Assembly: GCA_017470645.1 (NCBI GenBank)
Contig: JAFUYJ010000001.1
Coordinates: 16,091 to 80,090, forward strand
DNA length: 64,000 bases
Source of the DNA: Clostridia bacterium
GTDB lineage: Bacteria > Bacillota > Clostridia > TANB77 > CAG-508
Direction of reading: 5' to 3'
Shown: positions 8,930 to 17,898 of the stretch, in pieces
Position numbering within the stretch: position 1 is the first letter of the stretch
Layout: every line of letters starts with the position of its first letter
Program-made: the position numbers and the translations under genes
Notes under the pieces: generated by a model
What the model was told of the DNA's origin: nothing
The model's database searches: none
The model's input: the letters and a program-made list of their open reading frames with translations, nothing else

Positions 8930-9274
8930 ATGGAACATATTCATTCAATTATTATTATAAAAAAAGAAAATGCCTTTTTAAATTATTATGATGAAAGATG
9001 GGGAATGTATTTATTTCCAAATATGAAAGGAAATGATATAGAAGCAATAAAAAATAAGTATAATACACAAAATGTAAAATTACTATTTGATAAAGTACAC
9101 GATAAGTATTCTGTATCACATGATGAAATAAGAACATATCATCATTATTTCTATGAAGTTGATGCTGATATTGACGGAACTTATTTTACATTAGATGAAT
9201 TGTTGGAAGATGAAAAGGTTAAGGAAAATAATGAAGATATTATCGGATTTATAAGAGAGTATTATCAGATGTAG
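8930..9274 (+). CDS. hypothetical protein, translationally coupled to the dinD-like gene
   Basis: ATG 8930 comes 2 nt after the dinD stop. 114 aa, with no recognisable motif. Confidence 0.5.
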   Translation: MEHIHSIIIIKKENAFLNYYDERWGMYLFPNMKGNDIEAIKNKYNTQNVKLLFDKVHDKYSVSHDEIRTYHHYFYEVDADIDGTYFTLDELLEDEKVKENNEDIIGFIREYYQM

Positions 9275-9299
9275 ATTCAATAAAAATTGCTCAAAAATA

Positions 9300-9326
9300 A
9301 AAGGCAGGAACACAATTCCTGCCTTT
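9300..9326. terminator. rho-independent terminator (bidirectional hairpin)
   Basis: aaaggcaggaa cacaa ttcctgccttt forms a perfect 11-bp stem. Confidence 0.7.
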
Positions 9327-9460
9327 ATGTATTGCATAAAACCAAGAAAAATATCCCTGCAATTTAACTAGCCTAGAACGGCTGAATTAAGGTATACAAC
9401 CTCACTGCGTTCAGTTGCATAAGTTATCCGTAGAACTCGCTATGCTCGTTAACGGCTAAC

Positions 9461-9667
9461 TTATTTAGTCATATTGCTTTCAGCTTGTTGTATTAACTTT
9501 CTAACCATGTTACCACCTATTCTACCAGCGTCTCTTGAAGATAAGTCACCATTGTAACCATCTTTTAAGTTAACACCAACTTCGCTAGCTACTTCATATT
9601 TGAATTTATTTAAAGCTTCAGCAGCAGCTGGAACAACTTTTCTATTTGAATTGCTTGAGTTTGCCAT
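9461..9667 (-). CDS. small acid-soluble spore protein, alpha/beta type
   Basis: MANSSNSNRKVVPAAAEALNKFKYEVASEVGVNL...RDAGRIGGNMVRKLIQQAE matches the alpha/beta SASP signatures (KxEIASEFGV, GxVGGEITKRLV). The start is ATG (complement of 9665-9667) after RBS ggaggtg. The track ORF over-extends this N-terminus by 25 aa. Confidence 0.9.
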   Translation of the reverse strand: MANSSNSNRKVVPAAAEALNKFKYEVASEVGVNLKDGYNGDLSSRDAGRIGGNMVRKLIQQAESNMTK

Positions 9668-10168
9668 AATATTCACCTCCCATGATTGTACAATTATTAT
9701 TCTGAAAAAACTTTCTTGCTTTTTCAATATTATGATGTGCATTTAAAAATTTTTTAAACTGGAAATTTTTTGAATTGAAAATGAGTATAATATTTTTTTT
9801 AAAGTTAATAATTTAATTGAAAGAAAATATATTATACGAGGTGATTTTTTGAAAAAAGATGATGATAAGATAGAAGATGCAACAAAATATGGAGAATTTG
9901 TTTCATCATATTTTGCATGGTTAACTTTAGATGGTCAAAGAGAGAGAGCAATGGAATTAGATAAGATGACAAAAAAAGAGAAAAATAAGTAATATTTAAT
10001 TATATGTTTATATCAATAATTATATTTTGTACAAATATCAAATTTTTACTCACTTAATAAAAAAATGTGAAAGTCTTGAAAAAACAAGTATATTTATGTT
10101 ATTATATATCTTACCTAAAATACCATTTAGTGCTTTTACTTATGGCATAAGTTTGAAAGGAGATTTTT

Positions 10169-12622
10169 ATGCAATATAAGTTTACAAACAGAGCTGAAAA
10201 AGCTATAAAGATTGCTAACACAACTGCAGAAGAACTTGGACACAGCTATATTGGTACAGAACACTTACTATATGGTTTGTCAGAAGAAGGAAACGGTGTT
10301 GCAAGCAAGGTTTTAGAATTGCAAGAGGTTACTCCAGATAAAATATTACAAGAAATAGAAGAATTAATAGGATTTGTAGATATAGATAATGAAAAAGTTG
10401 AAACTTCTGGTTTTACACCTAGAACCAAAAGAGTTATTGAAAATGCTTTTAGAGAAGCAAAAAAAATAGGAAGTGAATTCATAGGTACAGAGCAATTATT
10501 AGTAGGGATAATGCAAGAAGCAGATAGTGTTGCTGTGAGAATTCTTCTTGATTTAAATGTCAGTCCACAAAAAATATATAATGAGATAGCTAAAGTAATT
10601 AACGAAGAAGATTTTAATCAAACAGATTCTTCAGATAATAAAAATATAGGAAGCTATAGTTCTACTCCAACATTAAATCAATGTGGGGCAGATTTAACTA
10701 AACAAGCTAGAGAAGGTAAACTTGATCCTGTGATAGGAAGAAAAGATGAAATAGAAAGAGTTATTCAAATCTTATCAAGAAGAACTAAGAATAATCCTTG
10801 CTTAATTGGAGAACCAGGTGTTGGAAAAACAGCTGTAGTTGAAGGTTTAGCAGAAAAAATAGTTTTAGGTGATGTACCGGAATTATTAAAAAATAAAAGG
10901 GTTGTAACGCTTGATATTACCAGTATGATAGCTGGTGCTAAATATAGAGGAGACTTCGAAGAGAGAATAAAGAAGTCATTAAATGAAGTAAAAAAAGTAT
11001 CGGATGTAATTTTGTTTATTGATGAAATTCATACTATAGTTGGTGCTGGAGCTGCAGAGGGAGCGGTAGATGCAGCAAATATTTTAAAGCCACTACTTGC
11101 AAGAGGAGAAATACAATTAATAGGAGCAACAACCATAACAGAGTATAGAAAATATATTGAAAAAGATAGTGCATTAGAAAGAAGATTTAGTCCAGTTACT
11201 GTTGAAGAACCTAGTATAGAAGATACCATTAAAATATTAGAGGGAATTCGTGACAAATATGAAGCTCATCATAATGTAAAAATTACAGATGAAGCAATTG
11301 TTTCAGCAGTAAACTTATCAGTAAGATATATAACGGATAGATTTTTGCCAGATAAAGCAATAGACTTAGTGGATGAAGCATCATCTAAGCTTAAAATGAA
11401 AACGTATACAAGGCCAGAGAAACTAAAAGAATTGGAAGAAAAAATAAGTCAAATAGACAACGAAAAGGAAGAGGCTATTTTGGTTCAAGATTTTGAAAAA
11501 GCTGCTAATTTAAGGGATGAAGAACAGAAATTACTTGAGAAATTAGAAAAGGACAATAAAAGATGGGAAAATAAATCAAGTAGAAATGTAACTATACTAA
11601 ATGAAGAAGATATTGCTGAAGTAATAGCAAATTGGACTAATATTCCAGTGAAGAAGCTAACTCAGGATGAGAATGAAAAATTAAAAAATCTTGAAGAAGT
11701 ACTTCATAAAAGAGTAGTGGGACAAAATGAAGCAGTAGAAGCGGTTGCAAAAGCAATAAGAAGAGGCAGAGTCGGATTAAAAGATCCAAATAGGCCAATA
11801 GGTTCATTCTTATTTTTAGGTCCAACAGGGGTTGGAAAAACAGAACTTTCAAAAGCATTAGCTGAAGCAATGTTTGGAAATGAAGATGCAATGATCAGAA
11901 TAGATATGTCTGAATATATGGAGCCACACTCAATATCTAAGTTAATAGGCTCACCTCCAGGGTATGTAGGATTTGATGAAGGTGGACAATTAACAGAAAA
12001 AATTAGAAGAAAACCATATTCTGTTATCTTATTTGATGAGGTTGAAAAAGCACATCCAGATGTTATGAATATGTTGTTGCAAATATTAGAGGATGGACGA
12101 TTAACAGATAGTCAAGGAAGAACAGTTAATTTCAAAAATACGGTAATAATAATGACATCAAATATAGGTGCTAGAATAATAACAGATAGAAAACTATTAG
12201 GCTTTGCGGCTGGTTCAGAAGATAGTAAAAAAGAAGAAAACAAACAATATGAATCAACTAAGAAAGACGTAATGGCTGAATTGAAAAAGGAGTTTAAGCC
12301 AGAATTTATAAATCGTATTGATGAAATCATAGTATTCCATAAATTAGTTGAAGAAGATATAATGCAAATTATAGGAATAATGTTAAAACAAGTGGAAGGA
12401 AGATTAAAAGCTAACAACATAGAAGTTGAAATAGACGAAAGTGTGAAAAAATATATATTTGAAAAGGGATTCGATAAAAATTATGGTGCAAGGCCTTTAC
12501 GAAGAGCTATTCAAACTTACGTTGAGGATGAAATTAGTGAAGCTATTTTAGATGGAAAGGTAAAAGAAAGCAAGAAAAGCATTATTGAAATTGATGAAAA
12601 TCATAATGTTGTAGTTAAATAG
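10169..12622 (+). CDS. clpC: ATP-dependent Clp protease ATP-binding subunit ClpC
   Basis: 817 aa. Two N-terminal Clp repeats, two AAA+ modules (GEPGVGKT, GPTGVGKT) and a UVR-like linker. Confidence 0.95.
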   Translation: MQYKFTNRAEKAIKIANTTAEELGHSYIGTEHLLYGLSEEGNGVASKVLELQEVTPDKILQEIEELIGFVDIDNEKVETSGFTPRTKRVIENAFREAKKIGSEFIGTEQLLVGIMQEADSVAVRILLDLNVSPQKIYNEIAKVINEEDFNQTDSSDNKNIGSYSSTPTLNQCGADLTKQAREGKLDPVIGRKDEIERVIQILSRRTKNNPCLIGEPGVGKTAVVEGLAEKIVLGDVPELLKNKRVVTLDITSMIAGAKYRGDFEERIKKSLNEVKKVSDVILFIDEIHTIVGAGAAEGAVDAANILKPLLARGEIQLIGATTITEYRKYIEKDSALERRFSPVTVEEPSIEDTIKILEGIRDKYEAHHNVKITDEAIVSAVNLSVRYITDRFLPDKAIDLVDEASSKLKMKTYTRPEKLKELEEKISQIDNEKEEAILVQDFEKAANLRDEEQKLLEKLEKDNKRWENKSSRNVTILNEEDIAEVIANWTNIPVKKLTQDENEKLKNLEEVLHKRVVGQNEAVEAVAKAIRRGRVGLKDPNRPIGSFLFLGPTGVGKTELSKALAEAMFGNEDAMIRIDMSEYMEPHSISKLIGSPPGYVGFDEGGQLTEKIRRKPYSVILFDEVEKAHPDVMNMLLQILEDGRLTDSQGRTVNFKNTVIIMTSNIGARIITDRKLLGFAAGSEDSKKEENKQYESTKKDVMAELKKEFKPEFINRIDEIIVFHKLVEEDIMQIIGIMLKQVEGRLKANNIEVEIDESVKKYIFEKGFDKNYGARPLRRAIQTYVEDEISEAILDGKVKESKKSIIEIDENHNVVVK

Positions 12623-12709
12623 TTTAAAAACACTTGATTTTTTCAAAGAAATGTAGTATTATATAGAAATATTAATAGTGAATTTAAAAAATTGAAAGGG
12701 GAAATAATA

Positions 12710-13279
12710 ATGGCAGAAGTATATATGGCAGGAGATTTTAGAAATGGAACAACATTTGAAATGGACGGAAACGTATTCAAAGTTGTAGAATTTCAACACG
12801 TAAAACCAGGTAAAGGTTCAGCATTTGTTAGAACAAAATTAAAAAATGTAATAAGTGGGGCAGTTATTGAAAAAACATTTAACCCATCTGAAAAATACCC
12901 AGGAGCAGAAATTGAAAAGAAAGAAATGCAATACTTATATAACGATGAAGATTTATACTACTTCATGGATAACGAAACATATGAACAAATACCTTTAAAC
13001 AAAGAACAATTAGGAGATGCTTTAAAATACATTAAAGAAAACATGAATGTAAAAATCTTATCATTCAAAGGAAATGTATTTGCAGTTGAACCACCAATGT
13101 TCGTTGAATTAGAAGTAACATATACAGAACCAGGATTTGCTGGAAACACAACAACAACATCTGGAAAACCAGCTAAATTAGAAAATGGATTAGAAATATT
13201 AGTTCCATTATTCGTAAACATCGGTGATATCGTTAAAATCGATACAAGAACTGGTGATTACATGGAAAGAGTAAACTAA
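12710..13279 (+). CDS. efp: elongation factor P
   Basis: KPGKG loop ([17 protein letters not shown]) and three OB domains. ATG 12710 follows RBS aaagggga. The track start at 12692 has no RBS. Confidence 0.93.
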   Translation: MAEVYMAGDFRNGTTFEMDGNVFKVVEFQHVKPGKGSAFVRTKLKNVISGAVIEKTFNPSEKYPGAEIEKKEMQYLYNDEDLYYFMDNETYEQIPLNKEQLGDALKYIKENMNVKILSFKGNVFAVEPPMFVELEVTYTEPGFAGNTTTTSGKPAKLENGLEILVPLFVNIGDIVKIDTRTGDYMERVN

Positions 13280-13372
13280 TTAAAAATAATGAATTGTAAA
13301 AATAAGCTTATATAATTTATGTACAATAGTGCATAATATCATATAAGCTTATTTTAGAAAGGTTTAAAGTTT

Positions 13373-13873
13373 ATGTCAGAATTAAGTAAAAAGTATAAAG
13401 AGATTTTAAATGATCTTGATAACAACATAAAAGACGAGAAAGAGCGTGAATATGTTAATAAGAAAATTGCAGAAATATCTATTTTACACATGGAAGTAAT
13501 AGAAGAAATGGCAGACATATTAAAAAATAAAATTGATAACATTGAGAAAGTTCAAAAAACAATTGAATCAAAAATTAATAAAATAGAATCTTCAGTTACA
13601 GGTATTGAAAATGATATTTATGATGATGGATTTGAATTTGAAATAATATGTCCATATTGTAATGCAGAGTTTATTGCTGATGTAGAATCAAAATCAGATA
13701 TTAAATGCCCAGAATGTCAAAACACTATTGAATTGGACTGGAATGGAGGAGAAGAAGTAGGGGGATGCTCAGGACACTGCTCTATGTGTAATTCAAGGTG
13801 TGGAGAAGGTTTCTTTAATGAATTTGGAGAAGATATAAATTTTATTGAAGAAGATGATGATGAAGATATGTAA
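13373..13873 (+). CDS. coiled-coil / zinc-ribbon protein (CD1247 N-terminal-domain-like), acidic C-terminus
   Basis: An N-terminal coiled coil is followed by CPYC...CPEC and CSGHCSMCNSRC Cys clusters and a DDDEDM tail. Confidence 0.55.
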   Translation: MSELSKKYKEILNDLDNNIKDEKEREYVNKKIAEISILHMEVIEEMADILKNKIDNIEKVQKTIESKINKIESSVTGIENDIYDDGFEFEIICPYCNAEFIADVESKSDIKCPECQNTIELDWNGGEEVGGCSGHCSMCNSRCGEGFFNEFGEDINFIEEDDDEDM

Positions 13874-13937
13874 TCTATAATATTAATACTTGTAAGACAA
13901 AAAATATTAAAAAATTAATTTTTTTGCCTTACAAGTA

Positions 13938-13966
13938 TTGACAAATAGTTATTTAGAATATATAAT
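13938..13966 (+). promoter_or_regulatory. consensus sigma-A promoter for tRNA-Leu
   Basis: TTGACA (13938-13943), a 17-nt spacer, then TATAAT (13961-13966). It lies about 38 nt upstream of the tRNA 5' end. Confidence 0.65.
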
Positions 13967-14003
13967 AATTCTTGTCGTAAGACAAATACCAGTTTATATA
14001 AAT

Positions 14004-14091
14004 GCAGATGTGGCGGAACTGGTAGACGCACAGGACTTAAAATCCTGCGGTTGAATAAACCGTGCCGGTTCGATTCCGGCCATCTGCACCA
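14004..14091 (+). tRNA. tRNA-Leu (anticodon UAA), includes encoded CCA
   Basis: GCAGATGTGGCGGAACTGGTAGACGC... with long variable arm. Anticodon stem cagga/tcctg around loop cttaaaa gives TAA. T-arm GGTTCGATTCC. Acceptor gcagatg/catctgc, discriminator A, then CCA. Confidence 0.9.
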
Positions 14092-14124
14092 ACGACCAAT
14101 ATTTTCGTGTTGGTCGTTTTTTTG
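14092..14124 (+). terminator. rho-independent terminator after tRNA-Leu
   Basis: acgaccaa ... ttggtcgt followed by a T7 tract. Confidence 0.8.
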
Positions 14125-14363
14125 TTTAAATTTATGCATTGAAATCAGAAATATATTTCAAAATGCGTTCTTATTGACAATTGTTAGTTATTGTGATACA
14201 ATAAAACTACTTAATTTTATTATCCGATATCTGTTATCGTATTAATTTAGCAGATAACGGTTTATATAGTAGGAATGCAATAAGTAAATGACAAATTTTT
14301 TGTCTTATTTATTGCAATAAGGCTAAAAGAATCAGACGATTTTACGACTACAAGGAGGTTACT

Positions 14364-14885
14364 ATGAAAAGTTCAGATTATTTTAGCAATGTATATGAGC
14401 CGCAAAGAGACAAAACCGTTTCCTACTGGGAGCAGAGAGCAATTATAGACGCAGAAAAAGAAGCAGAATTAGAAAATATGCTTGATTGGCTATATGATAC
14501 GACAGAGAAAGTCTTTAGTTGTATACCAGAGTCAACACTCACGTCATTTAAGCCAGCTTATATCGATATAAGATTCTTTCGTAAAAAATCTGGTAATTAC
14601 ATTAATGTACGATTGGTGAAATATCGTAAAGAGCGTGATGCATTTGGTGATTTGTATACCGATCAAAAAATTTTTAAAATGCCATTCATTAATTTCGAGT
14701 CTGTTCCTAAAATCTATAGAAACAATTGGGAAGATGCGTTGATAATTTTACGTAGAGGTAATTTTGAGGCATACGACGGATTCTATAAAAAAAGACACGG
14801 AAATATAGGTAAATACAAGGCGGTTTATGAGGATAGCTGTAACCTGGAGACAAAGTTCTTTAGTCACTATAGCAGAAAACTGTAA
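14364..14885 (+). CDS. hypothetical protein with atypical composition for this window
   Basis: 173 aa, preceded by RBS aaggagg. Unlike neighbouring genes it uses CG dinucleotides and C-ending codons (cgt, ccg, gac, acg). No motif I recognise. Confidence 0.55.
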   Translation: MKSSDYFSNVYEPQRDKTVSYWEQRAIIDAEKEAELENMLDWLYDTTEKVFSCIPESTLTSFKPAYIDIRFFRKKSGNYINVRLVKYRKERDAFGDLYTDQKIFKMPFINFESVPKIYRNNWEDALIILRRGNFEAYDGFYKKRHGNIGKYKAVYEDSCNLETKFFSHYSRKL

Positions 14886-14904
14886 GTATCTTTAATGCTC
14901 AATG

Positions 14905-14936
14905 AAAAAAGCGACTTGGATAAGTCGCTTTTTTTA
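14905..14936 (+). terminator. rho-independent terminator
   Basis: aaaaaagcgacttggataagtcgcttttttt. Confidence 0.75.
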
Positions 14937-15003
14937 TAAATTCTAGAGCCCCAAGCTATGCTGGTGGATATATATAAATAGTTGTATTATGGAGGAGTTA
15001 CTT

Positions 15004-15618
15004 ATGAATAAAAGAATAGTATGTGCATTAATGATTATGCTATTAATGATTTTTAGCCTAGCTGGTTGTGGGGTTAGAAGAAAAAATAATTCTACAACTA
15101 CTCAAAACATTAACAATGAAGAAAATACAAGTGTATTAAGCTCTACAGAAGATATAAATTTACGTGATTTAGATGGCAAGAAATCTAATTATTTATTCAC
15201 ATACAAAAACCAAGATTATTCAGCAAAATATACAAAAGATAATTGGCATATTAAAGATTCATATAAAATAACTGATGCAAAAGACATTGGCATTATATGT
15301 CAAGCATTAATCGAGGTTCATCCAATTCATGGAAAAGACTTAAAATCATATAGAAAAGTTGATGATTTAGTATATGAGTGGCAACAGCATAATTTAGCAT
15401 ATAATCTTTTACCAGACGATAATTCATGGAAAGAACATGCAAAAGATGTAGATTTAGATCCAGCTGATCAAGGAAAAAACCTTACACAAATATATGAAGC
15501 TAGAACTGGGAGTAAATTGGATATAAATAAATTGAAAAATAATAAGAAAGTACAAGGAGCAAAAAACAGTAGTAAAGTTCAGAAAATAAAAAATATAGTA
15601 AATAAAATCTTAAAATAA
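15004..15618 (+). CDS. putative lipoprotein
   Basis: Signal peptide with lipobox LAGC (MNKRIVCALMIMLLMIFSLAGCG). ATG 15004 follows ggagg. The earlier ATG at 14989 is part of the RBS. Confidence 0.65.
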   Translation: MNKRIVCALMIMLLMIFSLAGCGVRRKNNSTTTQNINNEENTSVLSSTEDINLRDLDGKKSNYLFTYKNQDYSAKYTKDNWHIKDSYKITDAKDIGIICQALIEVHPIHGKDLKSYRKVDDLVYEWQQHNLAYNLLPDDNSWKEHAKDVDLDPADQGKNLTQIYEARTGSKLDINKLKNNKKVQGAKNSSKVQKIKNIVNKILK

Positions 15619-15715
15619 TTAGTAATAAAAAGAAAAATGGTAGAGTTTCAAGTATATGATTTACTTGATAAAGAGTACGAAATATAGTACAATTATAGCG
15701 ATAGGGGGGATTTTT

Positions 15716-16420
15716 ATGGGAAGAAAATTAGAACCTTATAGTATAACTTCAATGAGAAATATTGATAAAACACTTAATTATTTTAATAGAGGTGTTGATA
15801 GTAGTTATAAAAAAACAATTAAAAATGAAATTGCTGAACTAAAGAAAGAGCTTTTAATAAAAATGAAAAGAGATTTACCAATTTCAGAGACTAATCATAT
15901 AATTGACGTTATAAAACATAACGAAGACACTGGAAAAGCAAAACTATATTTTCATGTCTATAATATGGAATGTGAAGAAGAATGTTCTGAACAACAGGAT
16001 TGCTATGGCACAATTAATGAAAAAGGCGAAGTAGAATTGTATGTTTCAAAAGAGCTTGTTCGAGTTTATAAAAAAGAAAGAAAAAATGAAAAACCTTATT
16101 CAAGATATTCGGGTAAAGAAAAAGAGAGAATTAATGAGATAAAAAATATCATAAAGCATGAGTCAGAAAGAATTGAAAAAGAAGATTCAGAATGGTATTC
16201 AAAATCAACTATAAAAAAATTATTCGCAAAAGCTATGGGGAAAAAACCAAAGACAAATCAAGAACTTAAAGATTTCTTGTTACAAATTCCAGAAAAATTA
16301 AATGGTGTATCTGATAAGTTTAGAGATTCGTTAAAAGTTACTGAATCTCAAAATGTAAAAACGCAGAAAGAATCAAATGAAATACAATCAAACCATAAAC
16401 ATGAAATAGATTTAAATTAA
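15716..16420 (+). CDS. hypothetical protein (K/E-rich)
   Basis: ATG 15716 follows RBS agggggga. No motifs I recognise. Confidence 0.5.
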   Translation: MGRKLEPYSITSMRNIDKTLNYFNRGVDSSYKKTIKNEIAELKKELLIKMKRDLPISETNHIIDVIKHNEDTGKAKLYFHVYNMECEEECSEQQDCYGTINEKGEVELYVSKELVRVYKKERKNEKPYSRYSGKEKERINEIKNIIKHESERIEKEDSEWYSKSTIKKLFAKAMGKKPKTNQELKDFLLQIPEKLNGVSDKFRDSLKVTESQNVKTQKESNEIQSNHKHEIDLN

Positions 16421-16447
16421 TAATTCTATGAGCAATATTATTATAAA

Positions 16448-16480
16448 AACATCAAGTATTAATGCTTGATGTTTTTTTTT
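16448..16480 (+). terminator. rho-independent terminator
   Basis: aacatcaag tattaatg cttgatgtt followed by T9. Confidence 0.75.
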
Positions 16481-16560
16481 GAAAAAAAAGTTGAAAAAAA
16501 TATATACATATGCTAATATTAAATTGTATAAAAAATACAAATATTAGGGGAGGTAATATT

Positions 16561-16911
16561 ATGGTTAAGAGCAGAAATATAGTTGTACAAGTATTATTAA
16601 GTATCGTAACATGTGGAATCTATGGAATATACTGGTTCATTACATTAACAGATGATGCTGCAAAAAAATCAGGAGATGCAAGTCTTAATGGAGTAAAAGC
16701 ATTCTTATTCACATTAATTACATGTGGAATCTATGGATATTACTGGTATTACAAAATGGGTAAAACTTTAAAAGCAGCAGGTGATGCAAACGGTGTTGCT
16801 GCTGATGACAACTCAGTACTTTATTTAATACTTGGTTTATTCGGCCTAGGAATTGTTAACTATTGCATTATGCAAAGTGACTTAAACAAAATGGCTGATA
16901 TTCAAGGATAA
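16561..16911 (+). CDS. DUF4234-like small membrane protein
   Basis: Duplicated CGIYGIYW / CGIYGYYWYY motif characteristic of DUF4234. ATG 16561 follows aggggagg. Confidence 0.6.
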   Translation: MVKSRNIVVQVLLSIVTCGIYGIYWFITLTDDAAKKSGDASLNGVKAFLFTLITCGIYGYYWYYKMGKTLKAAGDANGVAADDNSVLYLILGLFGLGIVNYCIMQSDLNKMADIQG

Positions 16912-16915
16912 TTAT

Positions 16916-17284
16916 ATGAAAAAAAGAGATTATATTATATTTATAATCGTACTAATTGTAATGGCAATACTGGTTCTTAGTGAACGTATTGCCATTCCTT
17001 GTATATTTCATAAAATAACCGGATTATATTGCCCTGGATGTGGTATAACAAGAGCTATAAAATCTTTGATAAAAGGAGATATTTATTCTTCTTTTAGAAA
17101 TAATATGCTATTGTATATAGTAGTTCCACTAATATTTGTATTACAGGTGGTAAATAAAGTATCAAATATCAAAATAAAAAGAATTAATAATGTGATATTT
17201 GTATTTCTACTTATATTTACTATAGGATATGGAATATTGAGAAATATACCGGCTTTTTCATATCTTGCTCCACTTGATGTGTAA
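16916..17284 (+). CDS. DUF2752-like membrane protein
   Basis: CPGCGITRA motif (CPxCGxTR) with flanking TM helices. Confidence 0.6.
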   Translation: MKKRDYIIFIIVLIVMAILVLSERIAIPCIFHKITGLYCPGCGITRAIKSLIKGDIYSSFRNNMLLYIVVPLIFVLQVVNKVSNIKIKRINNVIFVFLLIFTIGYGILRNIPAFSYLAPLDV

Positions 17285-17311
17285 AAGTCAGATTATAAAG
17301 GATGTGTAGAA

Positions 17312-17873
17312 ATGTTCAGTACTTGGGAAGAACTGGAAAATTCGATAATAAATTGTAATAAATGTAAATTATGTACAAATAGAACAAATATAGTATTTGG
17401 AGAAGGAAATAAAGATGCTGATGTTATGTTTATAGGAGAAGGTCCTGGAGCGGATGAAGACAGTCAAGGAATACCTTTTGTAGGAAAAGCTCGGACAGCT
17501 TATGAATAAGGCATTTATTGGTCTTGGCATAAACAGAGAAAATGTCTATATTGCTAATGTTGTAAAATGTAGACCACCAGCAAATAGAGTTCCACATGAG
17601 AACGAAGCAGAAGCATGCTTAGATTATTTACGAAATCAAGTAATTCTTGTAAAACCAAAGATTATTGTTCTTTTAGGAAGTACAGCTTTAAAAAATATTT
17701 TAGGAAAAGAGTATGGAATAACAGCAGCACGAGGTAAATGGGTTGAAAGAAAAGGAATATTATATATGCCTACTTGGCATCCGGCAGCCCTACTACGTGA
17801 TGAAGGTAAGAAAATTGAATTTTGGAATGATTTAAAGCAAGTAAAAGATAAGGCAACAATACTCAAGATATAA
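17312..17873 (+). pseudogene. uracil-DNA glycosylase family 4, disrupted by a +1 frameshift near 17492
   Basis: ORF 17312-17509 ends ...GEGPGADEDSQGIPFVGKARTAYE*. ORF 17502-17873 continues in the next frame as MNKAFIGLGINRENVYIANVVKCRPP... Deleting one base in gct-c-gga restores GKAGQLMNKAF, matching the family-4 UDG consensus (PFVGxAGQLL). Confidence 0.75.
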
Positions 17874-17898
17874 AAAGAAAAAGGTGGTAATATAGAGT

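Noticed and set aside
10000-10168. CtsR operator (GGTCAAA direct repeat) upstream of clpC.
   Set aside because: The heptad repeat is not present. Only a sigma-A-like TTGAAA-17-TTATTA promoter is visible.
12692-12709. Upstream ATG starts given by the ORF track for efp (12692), cdd (2461), pdp (26895), the lipoprotein (14989), smc (32507), pyrB (38985), SASP (9742) and others.
   Set aside because: These lack RBSs. Internal ATG/GTG codons with good Shine-Dalgarno spacing give N-termini matching family consensus, so I used the shorter CDSs.
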